Source: Bacillota bacterium (GTDB taxonomy: Bacteria; Bacillota; Sulfobacillia; Sulfobacillales; JAIMBI01). Taken from it: DNA of 64,000 bases. Below, piece by piece: positions 10,484 through 21,652 of this stretch. The position numbers were made by a program, and so were the translations under genes. The notes below the pieces were generated by a model. It saw only the letters and a list, made by a program, of their open reading frames with translations, was not told the DNA's origin and did not search any database. Each line of letters begins with the position of its first letter. Within the stretch, counting starts at the first letter, position 1. The stretch spans positions 447-64,446 of the forward strand of contig JAKATP010000003.1 of NCBI GenBank assembly GCA_021818685.1. Reading direction: 5' to 3'.

Positions 10484-11437
10484 TCAGTCCTCCGACGGAC
10501 GGAGAGTGAGGCCTAGGGCGGCCAGCTTCTCCTTTACTTCCTCAAGCGACTTCTTACCGAGGTTCCGGACTTTCATCATGTCCTCGTCGGTCTTGTTGGT
10601 GAGCTCCCCCACCGTGTTGATTCCGGCCCGTTTGAGGCAGTTGAAGGACCGGACTGAGAGGTCAAGCTCCTCAATCGGCATCTCCAGCAGCCGATCCCGC
10701 TTGTCTTCCTCACGGTCCACGCCAATCTCCACCGTCTCCGAAGCGTCGGACAGATCCACGAACAGGCGCAGATGGTCGGCCAAGATCTTACCGCCCATCG
10801 AGACCGCCTCCTCCGGTGACAGGGTGCCGTCGGTGGTGACCTCCAGCGTCAGCCGGTCGTAGTCCGTGATGTTGCCCACCCGCGTGTTCTCCACCCGCCA
10901 GTTCACGCGACGCACGGGGCTGAAGATCGAGTCGATGGGGATAACCCCGATGGCGGCCTCGGGCTTTTTGTTGCGGTCCGCCGCCGTGTAGCCGCGACCC
11001 CGCTCGACCGTCATCTCCATCGAGAGGTGCGCACCTTCGTCCAGATGGGCCAGCACCTGCTCGGGGTTCACCACCTCCACATCGGGATCGCTCACAATGT
11101 CTCCCGCGTACACAACACCGGGCCCGTCCTTGGTGATGTGGACAAGGTGGGGATCGTCCGAGTACATGCGCAGCGCCAGCTGCTTGATGTTGATGATGAT
11201 TTCGGTGGTGTCTTCCACCACTCCCGGAATCACCGAGAACTCGTGCAGGACGCCCTCAATTCTCACGGTGGTCACGGCACTGCCCGGCAGGGACGACAGC
11301 AACACCCGCCGGAGCGAGTTGCCGAGCGTGATGCCATAGCCGCGCTCGAGCGGTTCCACCGCGAACACGCCAAAAGTCGCTTCCTTGCCATCGTCGATCC
11401 GGTGGATCTCCGGCCGTTGCTTCTCGATCTCGGTCAT
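10484..11437 (-). CDS. rpoA: DNA-directed RNA polymerase subunit alpha
   Basis: 317 aa. N-terminal assembly domain plus C-terminal domain with [23 protein letters not shown]. Confidence 0.97.
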   Translation of the reverse strand: MTEIEKQRPEIHRIDDGKEATFGVFAVEPLERGYGITLGNSLRRVLLSSLPGSAVTTVRIEGVLHEFSVIPGVVEDTTEIIINIKQLALRMYSDDPHLVHITKDGPGVVYAGDIVSDPDVEVVNPEQVLAHLDEGAHLSMEMTVERGRGYTAADRNKKPEAAIGVIPIDSIFSPVRRVNWRVENTRVGNITDYDRLTLEVTTDGTLSPEEAVSMGGKILADHLRLFVDLSDASETVEIGVDREEDKRDRLLEMPIEELDLSVRSFNCLKRAGINTVGELTNKTDEDMMKVRNLGKKSLEEVKEKLAALGLTLRPSED

Positions 11438-11478
11438 GGCCTGCCCCGGACGGGGCGCGCCCCCCTTTCTCTCAGTCC

Positions 11479-12102
11479 CTAACGGGAGTAGAGCTCGACC
11501 ACCAACTGGTCTTGGACCGGTACGTCAATCTCCTCGCGATTGGGAAGACGCAGGACGGTTCCCTTCAAGTTGGGCAGGTCAGCTTCCAGCCACGCCGGCA
11601 CCCCGCGTCCGGTTTCCTCCCGGGTAGCCGCGAAATGCCCCTTCTGGCGGGAACTCTCACGCACCTCCACGACATCGCCTACGCGCGTCGAGTAGGAGGG
11701 GATGTCCACCTTCTTGCCATTGACCAGAAAGTGTCCGTGACGGACAAGCTGACGGGCTTCGGGCCTGGAACTCGCAAGCCCCAAGCGATACACGACATTG
11801 TCGAGCCGTCGCTCTAGGAGCTGGGCCAGAGCCGTGCCCGTGACGCCCTTCTGGCGCTCGGCTTTTTCGAAGTAGCGACGGAACTGGGCTTCCATGACAC
11901 CATACGTCCGCCGCATCTTCTGCTTTTCACGCAGCTGCACGCCGTATTCGGAAAGCTTGCGGCGGCCCTGGCCATGCTGGCCGGGCGGAAACGGCCGGCG
12001 GCTGACCGGACACTTGTCCGTAAAACACTTGTCACCCTTCAAGTAAAGCTTGGTGCCCTCCCGGCGACACAGGCGGCATACCGGTCCCGTATAGCGTGCC
12101 AT
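11479..12102 (-). CDS. rpsD: 30S ribosomal protein S4 (Cys4 zinc form)
   Basis: 207 aa. [33 protein letters not shown]. Confidence 0.97.
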   Translation of the reverse strand: MARYTGPVCRLCRREGTKLYLKGDKCFTDKCPVSRRPFPPGQHGQGRRKLSEYGVQLREKQKMRRTYGVMEAQFRRYFEKAERQKGVTGTALAQLLERRLDNVVYRLGLASSRPEARQLVRHGHFLVNGKKVDIPSYSTRVGDVVEVRESSRQKGHFAATREETGRGVPAWLEADLPNLKGTVLRLPNREEIDVPVQDQLVVELYSR

Positions 12103-12207
12103 GGGTCCCTCCTTCTTCTACGTTTCTTCTGTCCTCACGAGCGATGGCCGCCAGCGCGACGTCCGGGTGTGGGCCTCGTTCGGGTACACACGCCTCGCGG
12201 CCGGTCG

Positions 12208-12600
12208 CTACACGCGGCGGCGCTTGGGCGGCCGACATCCGTTGTGCGGGATCGGCGTCACGTCCTTGATCAGGCTCACTTCCAGGCCGGCGGCCTGCAG
12301 CGACCGGATGGCCGCTTCGCGGCCCGCTCCGGGTCCCTTAACGAAGACCTCGACTTCGCGGAGTCCATATTCCATGGCTCCGCGCGCCGCCGACTCGGCC
12401 GCCATCTGAGCCGCGTAGGGCGTGCTCTTCCTCGATCCCTTGAATCCCGCCTGCCCGGAGGACGCCCACGAGAGGGCATTTCCCTGAGGATCGGAAATCG
12501 TCACAATAGTGTTATTGAACGTCGAACGGATATGGGCAATGCCGCGTTCAATATGGCGGCGGTCACGCCGCTTGGCCCTGGTTGTCCGGCGCGCTGGCAT
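12208..12600 (-). CDS. rpsK: 30S ribosomal protein S11
   Basis: 130 aa. [30 protein letters not shown]. Confidence 0.97.
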   Translation of the reverse strand: MPARRTTRAKRRDRRHIERGIAHIRSTFNNTIVTISDPQGNALSWASSGQAGFKGSRKSTPYAAQMAAESAARGAMEYGLREVEVFVKGPGAGREAAIRSLQAAGLEVSLIKDVTPIPHNGCRPPKRRRV

Positions 12601-12658
12601 TCAATCCTCCCCTTCTTGCTGGCCTTCTTGATGAATCTCACGCGATGCGGTGTCATTT

Positions 12659-13030
12659 TCAGCGCTTGCGCCTGACGCCGACCGTGCGCTTCGGCCCCTT
12701 GCGCGTCCGCGCATTGGTCTTCGTGCGCTGACCGCGGACCGGAAGCCCGTGACGGTGGCGATAACCGCGATAGGTGCCGATGTCAACCAGGCGCTTGATG
12801 CTGAGCTGCACTTCCCGCCGGAGGTCACCCTCGACCCGATAATTCTGGTCGATGACCTCCCGGATGCGGTTGATCTGTTCCTCGGTCAACTCGCGCACCC
12901 GGGTGGCCGGATCGACGGCGGCTGTCTCCAGAATCCGGCGGGAGAGGGACCAGCCAATCCCGTAAATGTAAGGCAACGCCGCGTCAATCCGCTTGTCACG
13001 CGGTAGGTCGATCCCTGCGATACGTGCCAT
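12659..13030 (-). CDS. rpsM: 30S ribosomal protein S13
   Basis: 123 aa. [26 protein letters not shown]. Confidence 0.97.
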   Translation of the reverse strand: MARIAGIDLPRDKRIDAALPYIYGIGWSLSRRILETAAVDPATRVRELTEEQINRIREVIDQNYRVEGDLRREVQLSIKRLVDIGTYRGYRHRHGLPVRGQRTKTNARTRKGPKRTVGVRRKR

Positions 13031-13065
13031 CCCGTTACTTCCTCGCCCTCAGTATGAAAAATTCC

Positions 13066-13179
13066 TCAGCCCTGCGCCTGCTTGTGCTTCGGGTTCTCAC
13101 AGATCACCATCACGCGCCCATGCCGCTTGATGACCTTGCACTTCTCGCACATAGGCTTGACCGATGCACGCACCTTCAC
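13066..13179 (-). CDS. rpmJ: 50S ribosomal protein L36 (zinc form), not in the ORF track
   Basis: Hand translation from GTG 13179: [37 protein letters not shown], stop at 13066-13068. Lies between infA and rpsM as expected. Confidence 0.9.
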   Translation of the reverse strand: MKVRASVKPMCEKCKVIKRHGRVMVICENPKHKQAQG

Positions 13180-13196
13180 GGCCCTGCTCCTTCCCC

Positions 13197-13415
13197 TTAC
13201 CGGAATCGGTAGGTGATGCGGCCCCGCGTGAGGTCGTAGGGAGACAGCTGAACCGTCACCCGGTCGCCCGGCAGGACTCGAATGAAGTTCATCCGAATCT
13301 TTCCGGACACATGCGCCAGCACGTGGTGGCCATTGGTCAACTCGACTCGAAACATGGCGTTCGGCAAAGTTTCAATCACGGTACCCTCCACCTCGATCGC
13401 GTCATCCTTGGCCAT
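13197..13415 (-). CDS. infA: Translation initiation factor IF-1
   Basis: 72 aa. [53 protein letters not shown]. Confidence 0.97.
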   Translation of the reverse strand: MAKDDAIEVEGTVIETLPNAMFRVELTNGHHVLAHVSGKIRMNFIRVLPGDRVTVQLSPYDLTRGRITYRFR

Positions 13416-13539
13416 CCAGTTCCCCCCTCCCGACCTCGAGCGCCGTCACCCGAGTAAAATTCCGAAAGGCCGGCGATGCTCTCTAACGACGAGCATGAGA
13501 GCCCCCGAGGACGCGTCCCCGAGCGCTCTACCCATTCGC

Positions 13540-14334
13540 CTATTGTACCTCATGGACCCGCTCCTCGGAAAGTCGCGTCAACACTTCCACCCCTTCTTCG
13601 CCCACAAACAGCGTGTGCTCAAAATGACAGGCCCGGCTCCCGTCCCGAGTGACCGCAGTCCATCCGTCCGGCAACACCCGCACCGCATACCCACCTTCGG
13701 CCACCATGGGTTCGATGGCGAGCGCCATGCCAGGACGGATGCGGGGGCCGAGGCCGCGGGTACCGTAGTTCGGCACCTGGGGATCCTCGTGCATGGACCG
13801 TCCCACTCCATGGCCCACAAAGTCGCGGATAACAGCAAATCCGGCCTGCTCCACGACCTCCTGTACGGCGGCGCCGATATCGCCGACGTGTCCACCGATG
13901 CGGACCGCCGCGATCCCGGCATCAAGCGATGCCGCCGTCACCGCGAGCAGCTCCACCGCCCTTTCGTCGGGCGGCTGGCCGACGAATACCGAGAGCGCGG
14001 CATCGCCGACGAACCCGGATACCCGGGCTCCTAGATCGAGACTCACGAGATCGCCCTCTTTGAGGCGGCGCGACCCGGGAATGCCATGCACCACCTGCTC
14101 GTTGACCGAGACGCACACGGTGGCGGGATATGGGGGCTGTCCCTCATATGCCTGATACCCGCGAAAGACGGACAGGGCCCCCCGCTTTTTGATCTCAGCG
14201 TCGGCCAGACGGTCAAGCTCCATGGTGGGGAGCCCCGGTGCGACAGCCGCTTTCAAGATCTGCAACACCTCTGCGACCACCTGGCCGGCGGCCCGCATCT
14301 GCGCGCGCTCCTGCTCCGATTTCAGCTCAATCAT
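13540..14334 (-). CDS. map: Type I methionine aminopeptidase
   Basis: 264 aa. Metal-site regions DLVSLDLGARVSGFVGD, FVGHGVGRSMHE, LAIEPM, FEHT. Overlaps adk by 8 nt. Confidence 0.93.
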   Translation of the reverse strand: MIELKSEQERAQMRAAGQVVAEVLQILKAAVAPGLPTMELDRLADAEIKKRGALSVFRGYQAYEGQPPYPATVCVSVNEQVVHGIPGSRRLKEGDLVSLDLGARVSGFVGDAALSVFVGQPPDERAVELLAVTAASLDAGIAAVRIGGHVGDIGAAVQEVVEQAGFAVIRDFVGHGVGRSMHEDPQVPNYGTRGLGPRIRPGMALAIEPMVAEGGYAVRVLPDGWTAVTRDGSRACHFEHTLFVGEEGVEVLTRLSEERVHEVQ

Positions 14335-14971
14335 GCAGCACCTCGCGGATGCGGGCAGCCACTTCTTCGACGCTTCCGAGCCCGGATACGGTCGTCAGGA
14401 GATCCCGCTCGCGGTAGAACGCCAACAGCGGGGCCGTCTCGTCGCGGTACACTCCGAGCCGGACGGCGACCGTCTCGGCCCGATCATCCGGACGCTGCAA
14501 GAGCTCGGCCCCGCAGCGGTCACACACGCCTTCCCGGCGGGGCGCATGGTACAGGGTATGATACGTGGCGCCGCACGACGGGCACAGCCGGCGGCCCGTG
14601 ATGCGCGCCAGCAGCACGTCCTCGGGCACGTCCACCGCCACGGCGCGATCGAGATGGAGCTGCCGCGCGCGCAGCATTTCCTCGAGAGCCTCGCCCTGCA
14701 CCAGATTGCGCGGATAGCCGTCCAGGATAAAACCGGGCGCCGCATCATCGCGGTCGATGCGGTCGGCTACCATCCGGCCCGTCACGTCATCCGGCACCAG
14801 GATGCCTCGATCCATGTAACCCTTGGCTTCAAGTCCGAGCGGGGTCCCTTGCCGCAGGTTGTAGCGGAACAGATCACCGGTGGACACGTGCGGCACGCCA
14901 TAGTGTGCCGCCAGAACGTCCGCCTGCGTACCCTTGCCCGCTCCAGGCGGGCCCAACAAAATCAGTCGCAT
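14327..14971 (-). CDS. adk: Adenylate kinase (zinc-lid form)
   Basis: 214 aa. P-loop GPPGAGKGTQ and lid CPSCGATYH..CDRCGAEL. Confidence 0.96.
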   Translation of the reverse strand: MRLILLGPPGAGKGTQADVLAAHYGVPHVSTGDLFRYNLRQGTPLGLEAKGYMDRGILVPDDVTGRMVADRIDRDDAAPGFILDGYPRNLVQGEALEEMLRARQLHLDRAVAVDVPEDVLLARITGRRLCPSCGATYHTLYHAPRREGVCDRCGAELLQRPDDRAETVAVRLGVYRDETAPLLAFYRERDLLTTVSGLGSVEEVAARIREVLHD

Positions 14972-14975
14972 GCCT

Positions 14976-16274
14976 TCACCTCATGAACCCCTGGTAATTA
15001 CGCATGAGAAGGTGCGACTGCATCTGCTTTAACGAGTCGAGCGCGACACCCACGATGATAAGGAGCGAGGTACCGCCGAAGTAAAGCGACTGGATATGGG
15101 TCGCCATCACCACGAAGCTCGGCATCACGGACACGAGCCCCAAAAAGAGGGCTCCTACCCACGTGAGGCGGTAGCTGATGCGACCGAGGAACTCGGACGT
15201 CGCCTTGCCGGGACGAATTCCGGGGATAAATCCGCCCGCCTTCTTCAGATTGTCGGCGACATCGTCCGGCTTGAAGACCACCTGGGTGTAGAAGAACGTG
15301 AAGACGACCACCAGGAGGAACTCGACCACGATGTAGGGCCAGGATACAAAGCCAAAATGCTGCGTGAGCCAGGTCTGCCAGGAATGGTGCACAAACTGGG
15401 CCACCGTATACGGCAGCAGTAAGAGCGAGATGGCGAAGATGACCGGAATCACGCCCGCCTGGTTCACCCGCATCGGCAGGTGCGTTGTGCCTCCCTGATA
15501 CATCCGCCGGCCCACCACCCGCTTCGGGTACTGGATCGCGACCCGGCGGTAGCCCTCGTTCATATACACCACCGCGGCTAAAATGATGAGCGCCACGATG
15601 AGGAAGATAACGATGGTGGCCACGCTCGCGGCCCCGGCGGAAATGTACTGCCCCACTTGGTTGACCATAAACGGGACCCGGGAAATGATGCCAAAGAACA
15701 CAAGCAGCGAGATACCGTTGCCGACGCCTTTCTCCGTAATCTGCTCCCCAATCCACATCAGGAGCAGGGTACCGGCAGTCAGCAGCAGCGTCGTGAGCAG
15801 GACCGAAGCGATCCCGCTGTGAATGAAGGCGGGCGTCCCGTGGTAGGCGTAGCGCGACAGATAGTAGGAGACGCCGCCGGACTGCAGGAAGCCCAAAATG
15901 AGAGTACCCCAGCGGGTGTAGGTCTGGATGTGGCGGTAGCCTTCCTCACCCTCCTTGGACCACTCCTCGACCTTCGGAATCACGACCGTCATCAGCTGCA
16001 TGATAATGGACGCGTTGATGTACGGGATGATGCTCATGGCAAATAGGGACAACGTGGCCGTTGCCCCGCCGGAAAAGAGGTTCAAGAGCGCGAAGATCGT
16101 GGTGCCGGAATTGAACAGGGTCTGAATGACGGCCGTGTTGACACCCGGCAGGGGGATGTTGGCCCCCAGACGGAACACGACCAGGGCGGCCAGGGTGTAG
16201 AGGAGGCGGCGGCCCAGCTGGCTCTGACGAAACGCCGCCATCATGTTCGCCGTCTGGGCAGCCCGGGTAGCCAT
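14976..16274 (-). CDS. secY: Preprotein translocase subunit SecY
   Basis: 432 aa, polytopic. LGRRLLYTLAALVVFRLGANIPLPGV and the conserved position between rplO and adk. Confidence 0.96.
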   Translation of the reverse strand: MATRAAQTANMMAAFRQSQLGRRLLYTLAALVVFRLGANIPLPGVNTAVIQTLFNSGTTIFALLNLFSGGATATLSLFAMSIIPYINASIIMQLMTVVIPKVEEWSKEGEEGYRHIQTYTRWGTLILGFLQSGGVSYYLSRYAYHGTPAFIHSGIASVLLTTLLLTAGTLLLMWIGEQITEKGVGNGISLLVFFGIISRVPFMVNQVGQYISAGAASVATIVIFLIVALIILAAVVYMNEGYRRVAIQYPKRVVGRRMYQGGTTHLPMRVNQAGVIPVIFAISLLLLPYTVAQFVHHSWQTWLTQHFGFVSWPYIVVEFLLVVVFTFFYTQVVFKPDDVADNLKKAGGFIPGIRPGKATSEFLGRISYRLTWVGALFLGLVSVMPSFVVMATHIQSLYFGGTSLLIIVGVALDSLKQMQSHLLMRNYQGFMR

Positions 16275-16711
16275 CAGACGACCTCGGTCTTTCCGGACAC
16301 GGCCTCGATCTTCTCAATCGCCGACTTGGAGAACGCCTGCACCCGAACGGTGAGTGCCCGGTCCACTTCCCCTTCGCCCAGCACCTTTACGGGCAGCTTC
16401 CGACGCACGAGCCGCTTTTCGCGCAGAAGGTCCACCGTCACCTCCGTGCCAGGGGGAAACACGTTCAACTGGCCCACGTTCACGACTTCATACTCCACGC
16501 GAAAGGGGTTTTTAAACCCGCGCTTCGGAAGTCGGCGGGTGAGCGGCATCTGGCCGCCCTCAAACCCGGGCCGCACACCGCCGCCCGACCGCGCCTTCTG
16601 ACCCTTCTGGCCGCGGCCGGAGGTCTTGCCGAGACCCGAGCCCCTGCCCCGGCCGACGCGGGTCTTCCTTTTACGCGCGCCGGGATTGGCTTTCAACTCA
16701 TGCAGTCTCAC
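16274..16711 (-). CDS. rplO: 50S ribosomal protein L15
   Basis: 145 aa. [40 protein letters not shown] start overlaps the rpmD stop (GTGA). Confidence 0.96.
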   Translation of the reverse strand: MRLHELKANPGARKRKTRVGRGRGSGLGKTSGRGQKGQKARSGGGVRPGFEGGQMPLTRRLPKRGFKNPFRVEYEVVNVGQLNVFPPGTEVTVDLLREKRLVRRKLPVKVLGEGEVDRALTVRVQAFSKSAIEKIEAVSGKTEVV

Positions 16712-17190
16712 GACGAACTCTCTCCTTCTTCGCTGGCCGGCGTCGCCTCAGCGTCTCCCGGCGGGGCGTCCGGCTTGGGCGTCGACCCCGGATCCGCATA
16801 CTCAGGCGTGTCGACCGTGACCGATTCGGCGGCCGCCGTCTGGGCCTTGCGGCTACCGGTCGCACTCCCGGTCTCTTTTGTCTGCACTTTTGTGTCCGGT
16901 TCTGCACCCGAAGGCCCGGTTGCGGGTATCTGCGCGCCCGCCGTCTCCGCGGGCGGTGCCGATATCACACGGAACTCCGGGGGGCGCGCTGCCGGCACGG
17001 GGGCAGCCCCCGCCGGTTCAATCCGGATCAGGTGGCGCACCTTGTTCAACATCCCGCGAATCGCCGGGGTGTCGTCCTTTTCGACCGTGCGCCACATTTT
17101 TCCCAGGCCGAGCGCCTTTAGGGTGACACCCTGGTCACGCTCGTAGCCGATGGCGCTTTTGACCTGCGTAACCTTAAGACGTCCGGCCAT
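16708..17190 (-). CDS. rpmD: 50S ribosomal protein L30 with an approximately 100-aa low-complexity C-terminal extension
   Basis: Residues 1-58 are a normal L30 ([58 protein letters not shown]). The frame then continues without a stop through a P/A/T/E/G-rich tail to the rplO start. RBS GGAGGG lies 4 nt before the ATG. Confidence 0.85.
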   Translation of the reverse strand: MAGRLKVTQVKSAIGYERDQGVTLKALGLGKMWRTVEKDDTPAIRGMLNKVRHLIRIEPAGAAPVPAARPPEFRVISAPPAETAGAQIPATGPSGAEPDTKVQTKETGSATGSRKAQTAAAESVTVDTPEYADPGSTPKPDAPPGDAEATPASEEGESSS

Positions 17191-17713
17191 AATGCCCTCC
17201 GAGCTCCGCCACCGTCTTGCCGCGCAGGCGCGCGACGTTCTCGGGGCTCTTCAACATCTTCAACGCTTCCATCGTCGCCTGCACCACGTTGTTAGGGTTG
17301 GACGTTCCGAGCGACTTGGACACGATGTCGTGGATGCCCGCCATCTCAGCGATGGCTCGCACCGGTCCTCCGGCAATGACCCCGGTGCCGGCAGCGGCCG
17401 GCTTCAGCAACACACGGCCCGCGCCAAAGCGGCCTACGACCATGTGAGTAATGGTAGACTCACGCATCGGCACCTGCAGCAGGTGCTTCTTGGCGTCCTC
17501 GATGCCCTTTCGGATCGCCTCAGGAATCTCCGCCGCCTTGCCGAGCCCGGCGCCGACCCGGCCGGCCCCGTCACCGACGACGACGACGACGCTGAAGCTG
17601 AAGCGGCGTCCCCCCATGACCACCTTGGCCACGCGGTTGATGGATACCACTTTTTCCTTAAACTCGTTCTTGTCGCCGTCGCGGTCAAACCGGCGGTCGT
17701 CGCCTCTTGCCAC
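17174..17713 (-). CDS. rpsE: 30S ribosomal protein S5
   Basis: 179 aa. [28 protein letters not shown]. Confidence 0.96.
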   Translation of the reverse strand: MARGDDRRFDRDGDKNEFKEKVVSINRVAKVVMGGRRFSFSVVVVVGDGAGRVGAGLGKAAEIPEAIRKGIEDAKKHLLQVPMRESTITHMVVGRFGAGRVLLKPAAAGTGVIAGGPVRAIAEMAGIHDIVSKSLGTSNPNNVVQATMEALKMLKSPENVARLRGKTVAELGGHYGRTS

Positions 17714-17727
17714 TGTGTCCCTCCTGC

Positions 17728-18093
17728 CTAAAAGTCGAGGCCAGCTTCGCGGGCCCCGTCAGCCAGAGCCTTTACACGTCCGTGATATCGATAGCCGCCC
17801 CGATCAAATGCCACCTTGTCAATGCCCAGGGCGCGGGCCCGCTCGCCGATAAGCCGTCCGACAGCCGCCGCCTTCTCCACGGTAAGCCCGCCCGCCATCG
17901 CCTTCACAGGCTCGTCGAACGTGCTCGCCGCGACGAGCGTGTGGCCCTTCTCATCGTCGATGATCTGGGCATAAATGTGGCGGTGGGAGCGAAAGACATT
18001 AAGGCGCGGACGCTCAGCACTGCCCGCCAGGCGACCCCGAATCCGGCGGTGCCGGCGCTTTCTCGCCGCGTTCCTGTCAAATCGCGTGTACAT
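17728..18093 (-). CDS. rplR: 50S ribosomal protein L18
   Basis: 121 aa. [37 protein letters not shown]. Confidence 0.96.
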   Translation of the reverse strand: MYTRFDRNAARKRRHRRIRGRLAGSAERPRLNVFRSHRHIYAQIIDDEKGHTLVAASTFDEPVKAMAGGLTVEKAAAVGRLIGERARALGIDKVAFDRGGYRYHGRVKALADGAREAGLDF

Positions 18094-18102
18094 CAGTCAT
18101 CC

Positions 18103-18648
18103 TCACTTCTTGCCGGTCTTGCCGACCTTGCGGCGGACGCGCTCACCCTGGTAGCGGATTCCCTTGCCCTTGTATGGCTCGGGCGGGCGGATGGAGCGGA
18201 TGTGGGCTGCGAGCGCCCCCACGGCTTCCTTGTCGCGCCCCAGCACATGAATCGTGGTGGGGTTCGGCACCTGCACCTCAAGCCCTTCTGCCGGGGAAAG
18301 CCTTACCGGATGGGAAAACCCTACCGTCAGCACCAAGTCCTGGCCCTGCTTCGAAGCCCGGTACCCGACTCCCGACAATTCAAGCGTGCGCTGGAATCCG
18401 GTCGATACGCCTTCCACCATATTGGCGACGAGCGTCCGGTTCAACCCCCACATCGCGGCCACCCGCGGCGTCTCGGGGTCACCGTAGGGCTTGACGACGA
18501 CGACCTCACCCTCCTGCTCCACCGTCACCTCCGCATTGAGCGTGCGCTCCAGCGCACCCTTCGGGCCGGTGACCCGGACGTGGCGCCCGTCGATGTCCAC
18601 CGTCACCCCCTGCGGCACGGAAATCGGCCGCTTGCCAATCCGCGACAT
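18103..18648 (-). CDS. rplF: 50S ribosomal protein L6
   Basis: [24 protein letters not shown] 18648 is preceded by AAGGAGGG with a 5-nt spacer. The ORF-track start at 18669 is less likely. Confidence 0.95.
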   Translation of the reverse strand: MSRIGKRPISVPQGVTVDIDGRHVRVTGPKGALERTLNAEVTVEQEGEVVVVKPYGDPETPRVAAMWGLNRTLVANMVEGVSTGFQRTLELSGVGYRASKQGQDLVLTVGFSHPVRLSPAEGLEVQVPNPTTIHVLGRDKEAVGALAAHIRSIRPPEPYKGKGIRYQGERVRRKVGKTGKK

Positions 18649-18768
18649 CGGAACCCTCCTTCGACCCAAAGCTTGAACCCAGACGTTCCAACACCAAGGC
18701 TTGAACTCCGAACGTTGAAACCGTAGCCCACCGCGGGCCTGTCCGGACGAACCGGGTCCCGAGCTGAC

Positions 18769-19161
18769 CTACCAGACGAACGCCAGGACCTCACCGCCTA
18801 CATGCTGCTGCCGCGCCTCCCGATCGGTCATCACGCCATGGGAGGTGGAGATGATGGCGATACCCAGTCCGCCCAGCACCCGCGGCAGTTTGTCATGGGT
18901 CGCATACACGCGAAGACCCGGTTTCGAGATCCGTTTCAGCCCCGTAATCACCTTCTCGCGCCGGGGCCCGTATTTCAGATGGAGACGAATAGTGCCCCGC
19001 ACCCCGTCTTCCAGAAATTCCACCTCCCGCACGAATCCTTCGTCCTTCAGGATCCGGGCCAGAGACGTCTTCATGTTGGAGGCCGGCACATCCACCTGCT
19101 CGCGGTACACGATGTTCGCATTGCGGATGCGGGTCAGCATGTCGGCAATCGGGTCCGTCAA
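18769..19161 (-). CDS. rpsH: 30S ribosomal protein S8
   Basis: 130 aa. [29 protein letters not shown]. Confidence 0.97.
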   Translation of the reverse strand: MTDPIADMLTRIRNANIVYREQVDVPASNMKTSLARILKDEGFVREVEFLEDGVRGTIRLHLKYGPRREKVITGLKRISKPGLRVYATHDKLPRVLGGLGIAIISTSHGVMTDREARQQHVGGEVLAFVW

Positions 19162-19195
19162 TGAGCTCCCCCCTCCGAGGCTTCTTGCATGCCTC

Positions 19196-19381
19196 TCACC
19201 AGCTAGCCTTTCTCACGCCCGGGATCTCGCCACGGTGCGCCATTTCCCGAAAACACAGGCGGCAGAGACCAAAGTCACGGATATAAGCATGAGGGCGCCC
19301 GCATACCTTGCAACGATGGTACTGACGAACCTTGAACTTTGGCGGCCGCTTGGACTTCGCAATCAGTGACTTCTTTGCCAT
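19196..19381 (-). CDS. rpsN: 30S ribosomal protein S14 type Z (zinc form)
   Basis: 61 aa. [23 protein letters not shown]. Confidence 0.96.
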   Translation of the reverse strand: MAKKSLIAKSKRPPKFKVRQYHRCKVCGRPHAYIRDFGLCRLCFREMAHRGEIPGVRKASW

Positions 19382-19396
19382 CTTGTCCCTCCGTGC

Positions 19397-19966
19397 TTAG
19401 TACTGGGGGTCGACCGCGCCGGCAGTGAGCGGAAGGCCAAGGCCCGCCAGGAGAACGTTGGCTTCCTCGTCGGTCATGGCCGAGGTGACGATGGTCACGT
19501 CCATGCCCCGCACCCGTTCCACCTTGTCGTATTGAACCTCGGGAAAAATGAGCTGTTCGCGGACACCGAGCGTATAGTTGCCGCGTCCGTCGAATCCGCG
19601 CGTCGATACCCCGCGAAAATCTCGCACGCGCGGCAGCGCCACAAAGATCAGTTTCTCCAGGAAATCCCACATGCGCTGGCCACGGAGCGTGACCATGGCC
19701 CCGATCGGCATACCCTCGCGCAGCTTGAACGACGCAATAGACTTCTTTGCGCGAGTCACGGCCGCCTTCTGGCCGCTGATGAGCTCGAGGTCGCCGACAG
19801 CCGCGTCCAGGAGCTTCGGGTTTCCCACCGCGTCCCCTACGCCGACGTTCACGACCACCTTCACGACGCGCGGCACCATGAGCGGGTTCTTGTAGTGAAA
19901 CCGCTCCTGCAGGGTGGTTCGCACTTCGCTGTCATACCGGTCCTTCAACGTCGATTCGATGGCCAT
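19397..19966 (-). CDS. rplE: 50S ribosomal protein L5
   Basis: 189 aa. [22 protein letters not shown]. Confidence 0.96.
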   Translation of the reverse strand: MAIESTLKDRYDSEVRTTLQERFHYKNPLMVPRVVKVVVNVGVGDAVGNPKLLDAAVGDLELISGQKAAVTRAKKSIASFKLREGMPIGAMVTLRGQRMWDFLEKLIFVALPRVRDFRGVSTRGFDGRGNYTLGVREQLIFPEVQYDKVERVRGMDVTIVTSAMTDEEANVLLAGLGLPLTAGAVDPQY

Positions 19967-19996
19967 GGTCCCTTTTCCCCTCCCGGGCGCCCGACG

Positions 19997-20308
19997 TCAG
20001 TCGAGCACTTCCCCGCACTTTTTGCACACCCGCTGCTTCACACCCTGATCGTTGAACCGCATGGCCACCCGGGTCCGCTTCTTGCAATGACGGCATACCA
20101 TCATCACGTTGGACACGTGGACCGGCGCTTCTTTGGTCACGATCCCGCCCGCCGGCAGCGAAGGGTTGGGCTTGGTGTGACGTTTGACCAGGTTCACCTT
20201 CTCCACCAGCACGCGCTCCGCTTTCGGGAATGAGCGCATGATGACGCCCCGCTTGCCCCGGTCCTTGCCCGTGATCACCTCCACGGTGTCACCGGTCTTC
20301 ACACGCAC
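19997..20308 (-). CDS. rplX: 50S ribosomal protein L24 (Cys4 C-terminal form)
   Basis: 103 aa with a KOW motif (GDTVEVITGKDRGKRG). C-terminal CRHCKKRTRV..CKKCGEVL, which I recall also from Thermus L24. Confidence 0.95.
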   Translation of the reverse strand: MRVKTGDTVEVITGKDRGKRGVIMRSFPKAERVLVEKVNLVKRHTKPNPSLPAGGIVTKEAPVHVSNVMMVCRHCKKRTRVAMRFNDQGVKQRVCKKCGEVLD

Positions 20309-20335
20309 GATTGGTCCCCCTTCCTGTCGGGCCGG

Positions 20336-20704
20336 CTAGAGCACTTCCGGCGCCAGCGAGATGATCTTCATGAATTCGCGCTCGCGCAACTCCCGCGCCA
20401 CGGGTCCGAAAATCCGTGTGCCGCGCGGCTCATGCTCATCGCGCAGGATAACGGCCGCATTCTCGTCGAAGCGGATGTGCGAGCCGTCGGTGCGCTGCAT
20501 GCCGGTCTTGGTCCGGACGACGACCGCGCGCACCACGTCCCCCTTCTTCACCATCCCGTTCGGCGCCGCCGACTTCACGGAGGCGACAATCACGTCGCCG
20601 ATATTGGCGTATCGGCGAAAGGAACCGCCCATCACGCGAATGCACATGATTTCTTTGGCTCCCGTGTTGTCGGCCACCTGGAGCCGCGTTTGCGGCTGTA
20701 CCAC
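20336..20704 (-). CDS. rplN: 50S ribosomal protein L14
   Basis: 122 aa. [28 protein letters not shown]. Confidence 0.97.
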   Translation of the reverse strand: MVQPQTRLQVADNTGAKEIMCIRVMGGSFRRYANIGDVIVASVKSAAPNGMVKKGDVVRAVVVRTKTGMQRTDGSHIRFDENAAVILRDEHEPRGTRIFGPVARELREREFMKIISLAPEVL

Positions 20705-20751
20705 GGAACTCTCCCCCTTAGGCTTGGTTGTTGCTGGTCGCCCGCCGCCTG

Positions 20752-21024
20752 CTAGTCCTCAGCCCGGCGCAGGATCTCCACCACGCGCCAGCGCTTTTCC
20801 TTCGACAACGGACGGGTCTCGACTACCCGCACGGTATCTCCGGTCCGACACTGATTTTGTTCGTCGTGGGCCTTGAGCCGTGTCGTGCGACGAATACGCT
20901 TCTTGTACAGCGGGTGGGCAACCAGCCGTTCGACGGCCACCACCACGGTCTTCTCCATCTTGTCGCTGACGACGCGTCCCTCACGGATCTTGCGCCGCCC
21001 GTACTTGTTGTCCATCTTGCTCAC
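20752..21024 (-). CDS. rpsQ: 30S ribosomal protein S17
   Basis: 90 aa. [29 protein letters not shown]. Confidence 0.96.
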   Translation of the reverse strand: MSKMDNKYGRRKIREGRVVSDKMEKTVVVAVERLVAHPLYKKRIRRTTRLKAHDEQNQCRTGDTVRVVETRPLSKEKRWRVVEILRRAED

Positions 21025-21026
21025 TC

Positions 21027-21224
21027 CTACTTCGCGGCCCGACGCATCTCGGACATGATGGTCAACACCCGGGCGATGTCCTTGCGCACCTGACGGATCC
21101 GCATCGGGTTTTCAAGCTGCATGGTGGCGCCCTGGAACCGGAGGTTGAACAGCTCCGCCTTCAGCTCGCGGAGCTTGTCGTTGAGCTCCGGCTCACTGAG
21201 CTCCCGAATCTCCCTAGGCTTCAT
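21027..21224 (-). CDS. rpmC: 50S ribosomal protein L29
   Basis: 65 aa. [18 protein letters not shown]. Confidence 0.95.
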   Translation of the reverse strand: MKPREIRELSEPELNDKLRELKAELFNLRFQGATMQLENPMRIRQVRKDIARVLTIMSEMRRAAK

Positions 21225-21651
21225 CGGCTGCCTCCTCCTCCGTCATCGCCCGCGTAACGAATCGGGTGTGGATGGGAAGCTTGTGCGCCGCCAGCCGCAT
21301 GGCCTCACGTGCCACGTCCTCGGGTACGCCGGCCAGCTCAAACATGATGCGGCCGGGCTTCACCACCGCGACCCAGTATTCCGGGCTGCCCTTGCCGGAC
21401 CCCATCCGGGTCTCGGCCGGCTTCTTGGTCACCGGCTTATCGGGAAAGATCGTAATCCACACCTGGCCACCGCGACGGATGGACCGGGTGAGCGCCACCC
21501 GGGCCGCTTCAATCTGGCGGTCTGAGATCCAGGCATTCTGCAGCGCCTGCAGCCCGTACTCGCCAAACGCGACCTTGTTGCCACGCGTGGCCTTGCCCCG
21601 GCGCCGACCCCGGTGCTGCTTGCGGTAATTGGTGCGTTTGGGCGCCAGCAT
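21214..21651 (-). CDS. rplP: 50S ribosomal protein L16
   Basis: 145 aa. [37 protein letters not shown]. Confidence 0.97.
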   Translation of the reverse strand: MLAPKRTNYRKQHRGRRRGKATRGNKVAFGEYGLQALQNAWISDRQIEAARVALTRSIRRGGQVWITIFPDKPVTKKPAETRMGSGKGSPEYWVAVVKPGRIMFELAGVPEDVAREAMRLAAHKLPIHTRFVTRAMTEEEAADEA

Positions 21652-21652
21652 G

